A DNA stretch of 64,000 bases, from contig OX597820.1 of NCBI GenBank assembly GCA_951406725.2, forward strand, positions 103,230,001 to 103,294,000, in the 5' to 3' direction. Shown in pieces: positions 27,146 through 39,214 of this stretch (its first letter is position 1; the number at the start of each line of letters is the position of its first letter). The translations under genes were made by a program, and so were the position numbers. The stretch is from Octopus vulgaris. Its lineage: Eukaryota. Below the pieces are notes generated by a model that did no database searches, was not told where the DNA came from, and was given only the letters and a program-made list of their open reading frames with translations.

Positions 27146-28864
27146 TTATAATGTAATTTAAGGGTGATTTGGCTGCAATCTCATTGAAACTCCTTCATCG
27201 GTTCACCTGGAGTCTAGTTAGGTGCTAAGATATTCATACCTCAAAAATAACCTTCCAGGACTCTCTTTTAGTCATAAGAAACTCTCTTTGTTCTCTCTTC
27301 TCCAAAAAGATAAAGAATATAAAACAAATTGTTTAATGATAATTTATAACCAGCCAAAGCCTCATATTTTATGGAGGAGATGAGGCTCAATTATATTGAT
27401 ATTAGTACATAAATGATACCGATTTTATCAAGATGGTCCTGGTGGAATTTGAATTCAGTATGTAATCAGACATGCCTAAATATTGCAAGGTGCAATCTAT
27501 TGAACTTATTTAATAATATTCTTCTTTTAATGTAGGCACAAAGTAATTAATATGGAGGAGAATGAAATTGATCATATTAACACTATTTCATAACTGGTAC
27601 TCTTTGTCTTACTGAATCCACAAAATATACTGAGCTAAAATCTAGCTCAACAGAATTTAAACTAAGAAAGTTAAGGGATGTGACTAAATATCTGAAGGCA
27701 TATTGCTCCTCACTGAATTCTGTCACCCACCTTCCTCATATATAGTTATAATAACTAATACAAGACCAGAAATTTGTGTGAGAAGGAAAAGCCAATTATA
27801 TTGACCCCAGTACTTGACTGATACTTTATTTATCTGTCCCAGAAAAATGAAAGGTAATATAGTTGAACCTGGTAAGATCTGAACTTAGATTGTAAAAAGC
27901 CATAACCAAAATACTGCAAAACATTTTGTTTGATGTGCTAACAGAGCGAGAGATTGGCAGAGCTGTTGATAACATTCATAATTACTACTACCACTACTTA
28001 TTATTACAACCATTGGTGATGATGCTGCTACTACTACTACAACTATATTATTCTGAGTATTGAAATTAGTGAACTGAATCATCATTTGTGAAATAAATAA
28101 CAATATTGTGTATAATAATTGCAAAGACAGGATTTTCAGAATTGGTAAAGCATTAGAGAACATTCTTTGCACTTATTATTGAGCTTGAATTATTGAGTTA
28201 ACTTTACTTTCCATTCTTCTAGTTTTGATAAAAAATAATTACCATTCAAAAACTGTAATAAATGTTATAGAGTGTTCCTTTGCACAAATTGTAGGAACTT
28301 GTGGATCTGCTGAAAATCAGTCTTTTTGCTTTATCTAGTTAAGCTTGCTTGGACATTTTTAACCTGCACACACCATCCATCTCAGCCCTGCATTAGCTGA
28401 AGGGGGTCTTTGGGGAGGCATCAAGTGTCCCTGGTGAGTTGATCTATTTATGTTGTGTTTGGACAAACTTCATGAGTATGGCTTGCTTTGGCATCTATAG
28501 CAGCAGGTTACTTGCCTGCTCTTGTTTAGCTTGCCAGAAATGTCCCACAATGTACAAGTGCCTGTCCCTTATAATGGTTGAAACAGACAGGTCATCTCTA
28601 TACAGCTATTTTTTGGAGGGATAAGTTCTCTAAGATATGTTTAAGAATGCTCTTAACATTCAGGTGTAAGTTCCATCTAGTTTGGATTCCAGTGTTTTGG
28701 AAAGCATCCAGGCTGTTGATCCATACAAAAAGACTGATTTTACTGCTGCATGGAAAAACTACCCCATTAGGGTTTATTTCCAGATAACATCCAGTTAGTT
28801 TAGCCTGAAGAAGGAGCTGGTTTCTAACAAAGATACAAAGCTCCATCTTAGGAATGTAGATAAT

Positions 28865-29990
28865 GAAAACAATGTCATACTTTAAACCTGAAAGATGTCT
28901 TGCTTAATTTTACTGTTCTGCTTACCAATTGTATTTGTAATGTGTGAATCAGTTGGTTCATTTCTTTTTCTGATAATCCAAGTTTATCCAGACTAAAAGT
29001 TTGACATTTACTTACAAAACCATGTGCTCCAATTATTATTGGTATAAATGTAAATTTGTATTCTGGAGGTTTTGAAGCATTAGCCATAGTTATGTTTCAC
29101 TTAGATTTTCAAAAGGATAATCACATCAGTAGGACAGCTGACCTCTACTGTATTCCTTGTGCTGGTATTTGTGTTCTTATTCAATAACAGAAAGATTCTC
29201 TATAGTTATTTCAGGATAGTCCTTTTTTCTCTATGGCGTTGTATATTGTTTTTGTGACAATGTCATGTCACATAGGGAAGTAGTACCTTGATGACATTTT
29301 TGGACAGCCGCTAATCACATGACATAATCTACATTTACAGTTGCATCTTGGAACTCCAAGTGCTTCACTGTCTCTATTGTTGAGGTATTTAGTTGCAATC
29401 TCCAGTTCTTGGATTGCAATGCATGGCCTTTGAAGTGTGATACGATATAGTGGTCACAAGTCCAAGAGAGACTTTGTTTCATGTCAATGTTACTATTTTC
29501 TTTAAGTCTGCAAGAAACATACCCATGCACGGTCTGTTTTTGGCATGCTGAATGTTTCACCTACAGGTCTTCTTTTGGGTATGCTAGTCCAGCTAATTTG
29601 GGGTTGTATGGGAGGTCATCAGGAAAAGAGTACTTCCTGAAGAGCTCACTTCCAAATCATAGGATATTGTTTTCAGCACAAAGTTGATGTATTTATTTTT
29701 GCTACAGTTGTTTAGCAAGTGCTGTCTGAGAGAGACTATGTGAAATTCAAAGGCTGTCTGGACTGATCTCAAGTCCCTACCTCCTTTATCTCTTCTTAGG
29801 TAGAGCCTGTTGATATCTGTTTTTGTGGGTATTTCCTGTTGATGTTAGGATGTTGCAGGTTTAATAGGCTACTAGACTATTTGATACCTGTTGGGTCACC
29901 GACAGTTCAGGTTATAAAACATTGAAGCTGATTTCAACATTGCATTGAAATGAAAGTTAATCTTGTGATGATTCAGCTAAATATTTCAGT
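28865..29990 (-). mobile_element. Decayed R4-like non-LTR retrotransposon fragment
   Basis: Broken motifs SGCPKMS...HDIVTK, VEVSCP and FIPIIIGAHG typical of RLE-type elements. Confidence 0.6.
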
Positions 29991-31309
29991 TAGTTCATGC
30001 CATCATAGGTCTTTTTCTATCGGTGTTATATGAAATTGTCACCCATAATTATGGCCCTAGTATCGATCTATTGCATTTCAATCTATTTTAGGGTTCGAGT
30101 TAGGGTTAGGCGTGGGGGGAGGGTATCTTTTTTTCTTCAGAAATGTAAATAAACACAATCTGTTTCTTAAACGAGGGACATATTCATACGGCACAGAATG
30201 CTTTTTAACTCAATAGACGTCACTGAAAGGTTGAAATTGCAGAAATTGAAGAAAAAAAAACAACAAATATCTTACAAACCATAGAATTTTCTCAATAAAG
30301 CCAAGAGAAAAAAAAACGTTTTATAAACACATTCTACCAGTATACGAAGTTTAAAATTTTTTAGTTACCTAGAAATTATGCAAAAAGCTGCCGTTCAAAC
30401 CGAAAAGATCCCTGTTCTGTTGTAAATAATGAGAACACAGTACCACTAAGTATTTTATTTACTTGGACTGTAGGCTTCGAAACATCCCATGACGGAAGAA
30501 GATATCTCAAGAGCTGAGAAAAACAGGTAAAATTCCAGCGATTCAAATCCATCAACCAATTTGTTCCCAGAGCTTTACACTATTACACTCGTCTCAAGAC
30601 ACTGATCGGCGTGCTTGCAGAATATGTATCACCACTTCACGGAGAAGAAAGAAGGCAAAGAATTGAACAATTGTTTCCTTCTCTGAAAGCAGTTTTTTTC
30701 TCCAAAATGATTTAACTTTTTACAGCCTTCCTCCGATCCTACACCCTTTATCGCTAAATTTTTAATTCTGCACTTTATTGCTACACATCACATCAGGCGA
30801 ATGTAATAGTAAAATTATACTAATTTGCCTTGACAAAAGAAAAATTTCGTTATGTATTTGCTATACAAATAAAGGACTACAATAAGCGTTTCCATTTCGA
30901 AGAAACCTTACGCTTTTCGCCACGCAGAGAACAACGGGAAAAAATATCAGCGTCTAAATTCGGATATACCAATATAAAATAAATGCGAGAATGACATTGC
31001 AAATATATCAAATAATAATCTTTCAAATTCCAACCAGTGTCGAAATCTAAAAATGCGTAAATAGGACATGAAAAGTGAGAGTTACCCCCCTTGACTATGT
31101 GCCGCGGATGTAAGGAAACCAGTTAAATATTGACAAGTTTACATCAATTCGGATTATCTCATAAATATTTCAGCAAATTGTTACAAAAGAAACCACTGAA
31201 TATAAAATGTTTTGACATAATTATCGCTCTGTTAGCAGCGTTTTTTTACAAGATTTATCCGTTTATGAATGTAAGATTCGAAGCGAAATAATAATATCTC
31301 AACACTTTA

Positions 31310-31363
31310 ATGCTATCGTGTCACTTCAGAAGGAATATGGCGAAAATTTCGGCGAACAGGTGA
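31310..31363 (+). other. Short upstream ORF in frame with FICD (MLSCHFRRNMAKISANR*)
   Basis: ATGs at 31310 and 31337; TGA at 31361-31363; same frame as the ATG at 31379. Whether it is transcribed is unknown. Confidence 0.45.
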
Positions 31364-31378
31364 CTAACAGCAGAGAAA

Positions 31379-31658
31379 ATGGTCCATGAAAATAATTGCC
31401 CGATGCTTCAGTCGTCGACTAAGCAAATCTTTTTGTCCAAAATAAACTCGGATAACATGCCACAGACTTTACTAGCTTGTGTGTTTCTGGCAGGAGTTGT
31501 TTCGGCCGTCCTTATTGTATTTGTGTCTTCCTTCTTTGGCGAACTGTCATACAGTTTGTTTAACACTCGGAAGGAAATCAGAAAAACTAATAACGAAAAT
31601 CTACACTTCGGTACATCGATGATATGGCGAGGCCGACAAAAGACTGCTATGAACCAAG
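31379..31658 (+). CDS. FICD: FICD/HYPE protein adenylyltransferase exon 1 (cytosolic tail and TM anchor)
   Basis: Hydrophobic segment LLACVFLAGVVSAVLIVFVSSFF; CAAG|gtaatg phase-1 donor matches exon 2; the three exons total 1377 nt = 458 aa plus stop. Confidence 0.8.
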
Positions 31659-32402
31659 GTAATGTTTCGATGTTTTATTTACTGGTTTGTTAATATCGTG
31701 ATCTGCCTTCTCGTATCACAATGTTTTGTTTGTTCTAACATATCCACTCCCGTTTTTGGAAAACAAAAACAGTTCAAACTATTGTGTGTAATCTAATTTA
31801 AACTCAACTTCCTTGTAATTTAATATACAACAAACGGAAAAAGTTTTTTACTTGAATATTGTTATCGAAAATCAAATAAATAAAAAACGCAATTTTATTG
31901 GCCTTTACTAGTATTTAACGTGTTATATAAGATAAATTGAATTCATTCATATCTATGATCTAGCTAGTTATACTATACTATGTGTGTGTATACACACACA
32001 AACACACACATAAGGAAACTGTGTCAGTAATTAGTATCAACAGATTAAAAGTAGAATAAATTCATTTGCCGTGAGGAAATGAAAAAATTACATCCTTCGA
32101 TACACTGTAAATAGGTATATTGTACCAACGTGTGTGTGTGTTATATGAAATGATTATAAGGGCTGACGACAGGAGGGGATATCTGGCCATAAAACACTGG
32201 TTCAGAAAACCCGTCCAACCCAAGCTAACCTGGAAAAAAAACGTACTTTAACTGATGATGATGTGTATATATAAACACATGAAATGTAAATAAATAATCA
32301 TTACTGTAGAGTACTGTAGAATATAGGATGACAAATGTAAACAAATGACTGCAGAAGGCAATTTAACCTCGTGTGTCTTATAACAGCGATAATTTTACTT
32401 TT

Positions 32403-32437
<35 letters not shown>

Positions 32438-32535
32438 GGCGATCTTTCGGTATAGGTACCGTAAGTACCTTAAGTAGCTTTGTTTACATTGCTGAAGATA
32501 CCAGAAACCTTTTCTCCCACACCTAACCCTAACCC

Positions 32536-32569
<34 letters not shown>

Positions 32570-32611
32570 ACTTTTTTGAAATATATCTGGTACCTATACC
32601 GAAGTTACGCT
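32438..32611. mobile_element. Small MITE with internal CCCTAA repeats
   Basis: 15-bp perfect inverted core TTCGGTATAGGTACC / GGTACCTATACCGAA near the ends; internal CCTAACCCTAACCC. Confidence 0.65.
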
Positions 32612-32710
32612 AGACACATTGGATAATATATTTTGGGAAAAAAAGGCGGGAATGTTCACGATTCAAACGGTGTTGTCGTATAAAGCCAATTTTGAACTAA
32701 ACATCATGCA

Positions 32711-33107
32711 GAGATGAGAAATTATATACACTATTTACATTTGACGTATATTGGTCGTCATCTTGTTTGTTGCCACATTTCGCCTGATATACCCTCCAGC
32801 CTTCATCAGGTGTCCTAGGGAAATTTCGAACCTGGGTTCTCATTCCTAAGGTATATTTGGATGTAATTATTATTCAGTAGTAGTTAAGAGCACGGGCTAC
32901 TAATCCAAAGATTCCGAGTTCGATCCCAGGCTGTGACCTGAATAATGATAATAATTATAATTATAATTACAGCGAAAAATACCTTAGGAATGAGAACCCA
33001 GGTTCCAAATTTCCCCAAGACACCTGATGAAGGTTGGAGGATATATCAGCCGAAACGTTGTGTTAACAACAAACAAGATGACAAATATCCGTCAAATGTA
33101 AATAATG
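32711..33107 (+). mobile_element. tRNA-headed SINE-like element with a hammerhead-bearing 3' part and an inverted copy of that 3' part at its 5' end
   Basis: Arms 32732-32877 and 32938-33104 are inverted; tRNA-like centre with GAGTTCGATCC B box; 13-bp flanking direct repeat TAAACATCATGCA. Confidence 0.8.
33019..33064 (+). ncRNA. Minimal type I hammerhead ribozyme motif
   Basis: GACAC-CUGAUGA-A-GGUUG[loop]CAGCC-GAAAC-GUU-GUGUU; palindromic AACGUU stem III. Confidence 0.75.
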
Positions 33108-33666
33108 TAAACATCATGCACACTTTCACATTTGAATATAATGCCTGTTTGTATGTGTCTTGATTTTATTTTACTATAATTTTTCCTTGTGTGAAAGAAC
33201 TGGTTTGTGAACAATAAATAAATAGTACTAAAGCAAAACTGTATCACTAGTAGATAACAACAATGTGTTACCTGTTGAACATAGAAAAATTTTATATAAT
33301 TTTGCTTTTCCATTTATAGACTGTATTTCTAAAGTGTATGTTCGCTGGTCTCTTTATTTATTTGAAAATTTTAATTTTTCCAAGCATAATCTCTGAAATG
33401 TGATATGAAGACTACACTTCATATTAATATTATCGTCCATCTCAAGGTGTGGCGAGCTGGCAGAATCACAAACATGCCAGGTAAAATGTTTCATGGCATT
33501 TCATCTACTGAAATTAACTTTACCTTTCATCTTTTTGGACTCCATAAAATAAGTATCAGTTCAACTTTGAACTCTGGGGTTGATGTCATCAACTTACCCC
33601 CTCTCCCGAAGTTGCTGGCCTTGTGCCAAAATTTGAAGCCAATATCATCCGCCTCAAGTTTGTAGA

Positions 33667-33872
33667 ATTTCGTCTGATATACCCTCCAGCCTTCATCAGG
33701 TGTCCTAGGGAAATTTCGAACCTGTGTTCTCATTCCTAAGGTATTTTTGGATGTAATTATTATTCAGTGGTAGTTAAGAGCACGGGCTACTAATCCAAAG
33801 ATTCCGAGTTCGATCCTACGCTGTGACCTGAATAATAATAATAATGATTATAATTACAGTGAAAAAAACCTT
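33667..33872. repeat. Partial second copy of the inverted-tail/tRNA-head junction, with a degenerate hammerhead on the - strand
   Basis: Near-identical to about 32777-32985, including the TTATTCAG|T(A/G)GTAGTTAAGAGC junction. Confidence 0.85.
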
Positions 33873-35619
33873 TTTTATGGTATGAGATTGCTTTGTTGAG
33901 GTATGTTAGTCTTATACTTCTGGATTCACATGCAAGGTCATCAGCAAAAGAATGCTGTGTAAGAAATTCAGCTGTGAGCATTTAGTTGATGTATTTAGTT
34001 CTGCTGCTGTTGAGCAGATGTCACCTGATGAACTATACCGTATGACACTTAAAATGCTATTGGCACTGATCTTAAACTTCTGAGATTGAGTCTTGACATC
34101 ACAGTTTCTGTCGAAGCTTGCAGCTAATGTCAGCATCATGCAAGTTCTAATGTATACTAGCAAGCATACCTGGCGTTGCCTGGGGCTGTTTGTTAAGTAT
34201 GCCTGTTTGATTATTAGACCATTCATAGATGGACCTCTGAACTGAATGAAAGAAATCATAATGGCAGAGGTTCCTTCTGTTGTTTGATTTTTTTTAGCAC
34301 AATAGTGAACATGCATAGTCATACACCCACACCATTGTCATTGTTTTCCATTGGGACAGTTGGTCGATCTGTCCAAAACTGGCAGTTATTGAGTTTATTT
34401 TCTTTACCACATAACTGCTGACATGTGCTATTTAGCAGATGGAAAAGTTGAGCTTAAAGATATGAAGATATGACATAAAGAGAAATAGTATGTTTACATG
34501 CTGTTTTGCTGGGTTGCACATACAATATTATCTGAACAAAAAATTTGATGTGTGGCCTGTGCGTAACTCGCAAATGAATACTGCTGGCAGTACTGTGCAA
34601 GCAGTCAATTCGGTTGAAAATTGTAGGAGTAGCAGTGGTTCACACAACAGACACACACACAGACAACTTGCCTTTTAATATATAAGATAAAGTAGATTTC
34701 TTTTATTGATCAGTTGAGTATCCCAATCATTCCACTTTTGAAGTTAAAAGTATGAGGTTTGTAAATCACATCTTTGTGATTTTTTTAATGACAGCAACTA
34801 AAGCCACAGTTGTTTTTCGCCATCTGTAGTGAGTTTAGTAACCATGAACAGGGGGAATAGAATCAAATGCCTTTCTGTAATCAATCCCTACTGTCACGTT
34901 TCTATGATGTTTTCCTACTTCAGATAGCCAACTTTATTTATTTTCACTTTCCTGTTCACCAGTGAATACATTTTTAGACTTACAATATTCCTGAAAAAAA
35001 AGGAAGAACTCTCTACATTGGACACAGTTAAAAGGCTTTGGATCATTAGGATTGCTTGATCAAATAGCTGAAAATTCCAGGGTTGGTTAAAGCCTTGTAA
35101 GTAAGTTTGGTTGATAGAAACTGAAAGAAGCCTCAATTATGTGTGTGTGTACAACTTTGTTTTGACATGGCATGATGGTTATAAAACAAGTGTTACTATG
35201 TACAAGTAATGTTGGTTGTTTCCAATCTTCCATGAAAACAAGGGTAAAATGTTCCCTTACTTGGAGACAGGAAGGGCATCTGGCCTTAAAAAGAAATCTG
35301 CTTTAGCAAACTCCATCATGCTTTCTGGTGCATGCAAGCAAGCACGAAGTTCCAACTTATGCAAGTTGAGAAAAGATGTTAAAATGATGATGATGATGAT
35401 GATGAACTGGTTCAGCTAGGTTGTGAACAGTTTGTACATAATGTTTAGGCTGGCTATGGGCTTATAGTTTTCATGGCCACACCCCCTTCTTTTGTTTTCA
35501 ATTTAATTCCATAGTTACAATGCTGTGTTGAAGAGTGTGTTCACAACCGGAACAATAACATGCCAACACATCAAAACATGTACGTGCCTGCTCACGCGCA
35601 CACACATGCAATTATACAT

Positions 35620-36028
35620 ACTCTCTCTTTTACTTGTTTCAGTCATTTGACTGCGGCCATGCTGGAGCACCGCCTTTAGTCAAGCAAATTGACCCCAGGA
35701 CTTATTCTTTGTAAGCCTAGTACTTATTCTATCGGTCACTTTTACCGAACCGCTAAGTTACAGAGACGTAAACACACCAGCATCGGTTGTCAAGCGATGT
35801 TGGGGGGACAAACACAGACACACAAACACATGCACACACATACATATATATATATATATATACGACAGGCTTCTTTTGAGTTTCTGTCTTCCAAATCTAC
35901 TCACAAGGCTTTGGTCGGCCCGAGGCTACAGTAGAAAACACTTGCCCAAGGTGCCACACAGTGGGACTGAACCTGGAACCATGTGGTTGGTAAGCAAGCT
36001 ACTTACCACACAGCCACTCCTGTGCCTG
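35620..36028 (-). mobile_element. tRNA/CORE-type SINE (family A), full length
   Basis: Same family as 8133-8535. Confidence 0.9.
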
Positions 36029-36568
36029 TATCCATGTAAAACATTTACAAACATGTATGTGATATCCACTTAGGAGTTAGTGTTAACTGATTGCCACATA
36101 GTCAGTTTTGATTACAGAACCTACAAATGTTGAACCACAACAACCTACAGTGTTTCAACACTACTTCCTCTTCTTGGCACAAAAATAGAATTTCATATTT
36201 TTCATTGATTGATAATACATGGAAGATCCTGTAAACATATACTTCTCTATGATGAATAAATGTTAAAGTGTTTAATTAAAACAAGCTGTTTCATATATAA
36301 CCTTGAATAAATATGGTTTTTTTATTCACCTTGGCCTAAAACACATTTCCACTTTGGTAGCTTGCTTCTCCAAAAGTTGCTAACCTTTATATATATATAT
36401 ATAGATAGATAGATAGATAGATAGATATGTTCATGTGCACACACTCACATACTGTATATTTGTGTGTGAGTGTGTGTGCATGTAACAGTTGCATCAATAT
36501 CAATGATTTTAAAGTGAATATATTGATATATTAATGTGAAACATCTGTATGTGTGTGTGTGTATTATA

Positions 36569-36788
36569 GACGAGGGGGTGCTGAAAAGTTCCTGGCTTTA
36601 AGGATATTGTGAAAGGCCTGGTTGGAAGCCCAACCTTCTGAGATCTTTTACAGAGCTTAGAAAAACTGAAGGGCCTCTGTAATAAGTGTGTGAATCTGAT
36701 AAGGGAATATATTGAGTAGAAACATGGTTAACTGATCCTCCTGTATTTTCATTTACTCAAAGCCAGGAATATTTCAGCACTCCTTGTG
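36569..36788. mobile_element. Mariner-derived MITE
   Basis: TIRs CGAGGGGGTGCTGAAAAGTTCCTGGCTTT and AAAGCCAGGAATATTTCAGCACTCCTTG; TA flanks. Confidence 0.75.
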
Positions 36789-37658
36789 TATACAGACAAA
36801 CATATATTTATTATCATCATCATTTTAATGGCCAATTTCTCATGCTTGCATTTGTGTGTATACTCGTCTGGCACCTGTGCAGGTGGCACGTAAAAAGCAC
36901 CCACTACACTCACGGAGTGGTTGGCATTAGGAAGGGCATCCAGCCGTAGAAACTTTGCCAGATCAGACTGGGCCTGATGCAGCCTTCTGGCTTCCCAGAC
37001 CCCAGCTGAACTGTCCAACCCATGCTAGCATGGAAAGCGGATGCTAAATGATGATGATGATGATGATGATGATGATATTGCTCTATAATCATAATGAATT
37101 TAGCCTTTCATTTTATTTTTAAAGTTAATAGTGTATTGATTTCATTGATGATATTCTTCTTTGTTTGGCCTTCATGTTTCACCATTGGAGATTAATGTGA
37201 TAATGTAGAAAATCTAATGATGTGGCAAAATTAATGCATCAGGTGGAATTCTTTGTGGCGTTTATTCTAACTCATTGCAGAGGTGGGGAGGGCAGCTTTT
37301 ATACTAGTTGTGAGGTGGGGATGGGGTAAAAGTATGAAGTGAATGGGGGCAAGTAGGTTTTTTTGTTGTAGAGGAACCACATGGCTATTCACATTTAGAA
37401 GAGAGAAGTTTTAAAGAGATAAATATAAATAGTGGTGATGGAGTGTCCAGGCTGTTCCTCTAGATTAAAGGTGAGTGAATGTGAGTGAAGACAGAGGAAC
37501 TATGTGAGTGGGTGGGTGTTTACAGAGAATGTCTAGGGATGGAGATAAGGGAGAAGGGAAGTAGACAACAAATGTAAAGATTTATTAGGGTTGAAGAGTA
37601 TATATCTTCTGAACCTTATATGCATTCTTTTATGTATCCTATGTATATTTTGGTTTAA

Positions 37659-37874
37659 CTCTTTAGCATTTAAACTAGTCATATCCAGCCAAAATAGTCA
37701 GCCTCTTTTATGGTCAAATTGACCTGATCTAACATCTCACATCTACAGTGTCATCCTGAAAATAAACAATCACATCATTGAAGTCTTGTAACTATGAATT
37801 AACACATGATTAATTTTTAAAAAATGTGAATAAACAAACATTACATTTGACAAAATAATGTGAATGCTAAAAGG
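37659..37874. mobile_element. piggyBac-like MITE; other copies at 39650-39857, 39985-40172 (inverted) and 54467-54641
   Basis: TTAA flanks and CCCTTTAGCATT...AATGCTAAAGGG-type termini. Confidence 0.8.
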
Positions 37875-39160
37875 TTAAATTTTATTAAAATGTTTCCAAG
37901 TGATAGACTGGTCCTGCTAATAGGACTTACATAGCTTCATTTCTTTCATTTATCATAATTCCTTCAAGACCTGGTGTTTAAGCTGATTATCAGTTTGCAG
38001 ATATCAATGTAATTTTAAGCTTTATGGAAATGCAAAGTGGGTGGTATGATATGTGCATTATCCTCACCAGTAATTTAATATCACTTTTCTATGCTAGTAT
38101 GGTCTCTCATACATGACATTTTCTCAAATTTTTGTCATCTCAGCTGCGAGTCCTGGAATCTTTAGCTGTGGCTTCATTATTCTTTGTTGACATTCTTAAT
38201 AACCTGAAATTAAAGCTAAGATAGTTGACTCTTAAGCTTTTTATTACTATATTCCTATTGAAATACCCCTGTCTTTATTTGTTACCTTTTCAAATAATGA
38301 TTTTAATAAAATAGCTTTAAAGTATGAATTAACATGAAATTTTGATGGAAGATTTTAATTTAGATTTTAAATTAAAAAATATCATAAAACCAGGAGTAAG
38401 TAATCTCAGGCAGATTACAATCAAAAGGGTTAAATAATTCTCTCCTCATTTTATAACTTGATCTATAGATGTAAATTTTGTCCATGTTTTCTGAACTTTT
38501 CTTAACTTTGAAACTATAATTTGTTGACATTACTTGACACTAAATACTAATTGTTAGAGGCTATAATAAAGTGAATGAGATAAACTACTAGATTATTTTG
38601 TACATTAAATGATAACGAGGGTTATCTTGTGAATATGTGATGCAGTCAGGTGGTTGATGGTATTAAGTAGGAGGTAGTTTAAGAAAATATATACCTGCAT
38701 GGCTGTGTAGTAAGAAGTTAGCTTCCTAACCACATGGTGCCTGTTTCAGTCCCACTGTGTAGCACCTTGGGCAAGTGTCTTCTACTATAGCCTTAGGCTG
38801 ATTAAAGCCTTGTTAGTGGGTCTGGTTGACGGAAACTGAAAAAAAGCTGTCATATATATATATATATATATATCACGTGATCACGTGACCGCTGGTCACA
38901 ATGCGTTCGCATTGTTTTAGCCTTTGAATGACGCCACCCCGCTGGCTAAGCAAGCAGACCAACAGAAGAAAGACTGAGAGAAAGATGTGGTGAAAGAGTA
39001 CAGCAGGGATCACCACCCCCTGCCGGAGACTCGTAGAGCTTTAGGTGTTTTCGCTCAATAAACACACACAACGCCCGGCCTGAGAATCGAAACCGCGATC
39101 CTACGACCGCGAGTCCGCTGCCCTAACCATTGGGCCATTGCACCTCCACACACACACACA

Positions 39161-39214
<54 letters not shown>

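Noticed and set aside
30850-31340. ERSE or UPRE element in the FICD promoter
   Set aside because: CCACG and CCAAT are present but not in the CCAAT-N9-CCACG arrangement, and no TGACGTGG was seen.
33900-34400. 136-aa minus-strand ORF
   Set aside because: No recognisable domain; only a faint resemblance to a decayed DNA transposase, too weak to call.
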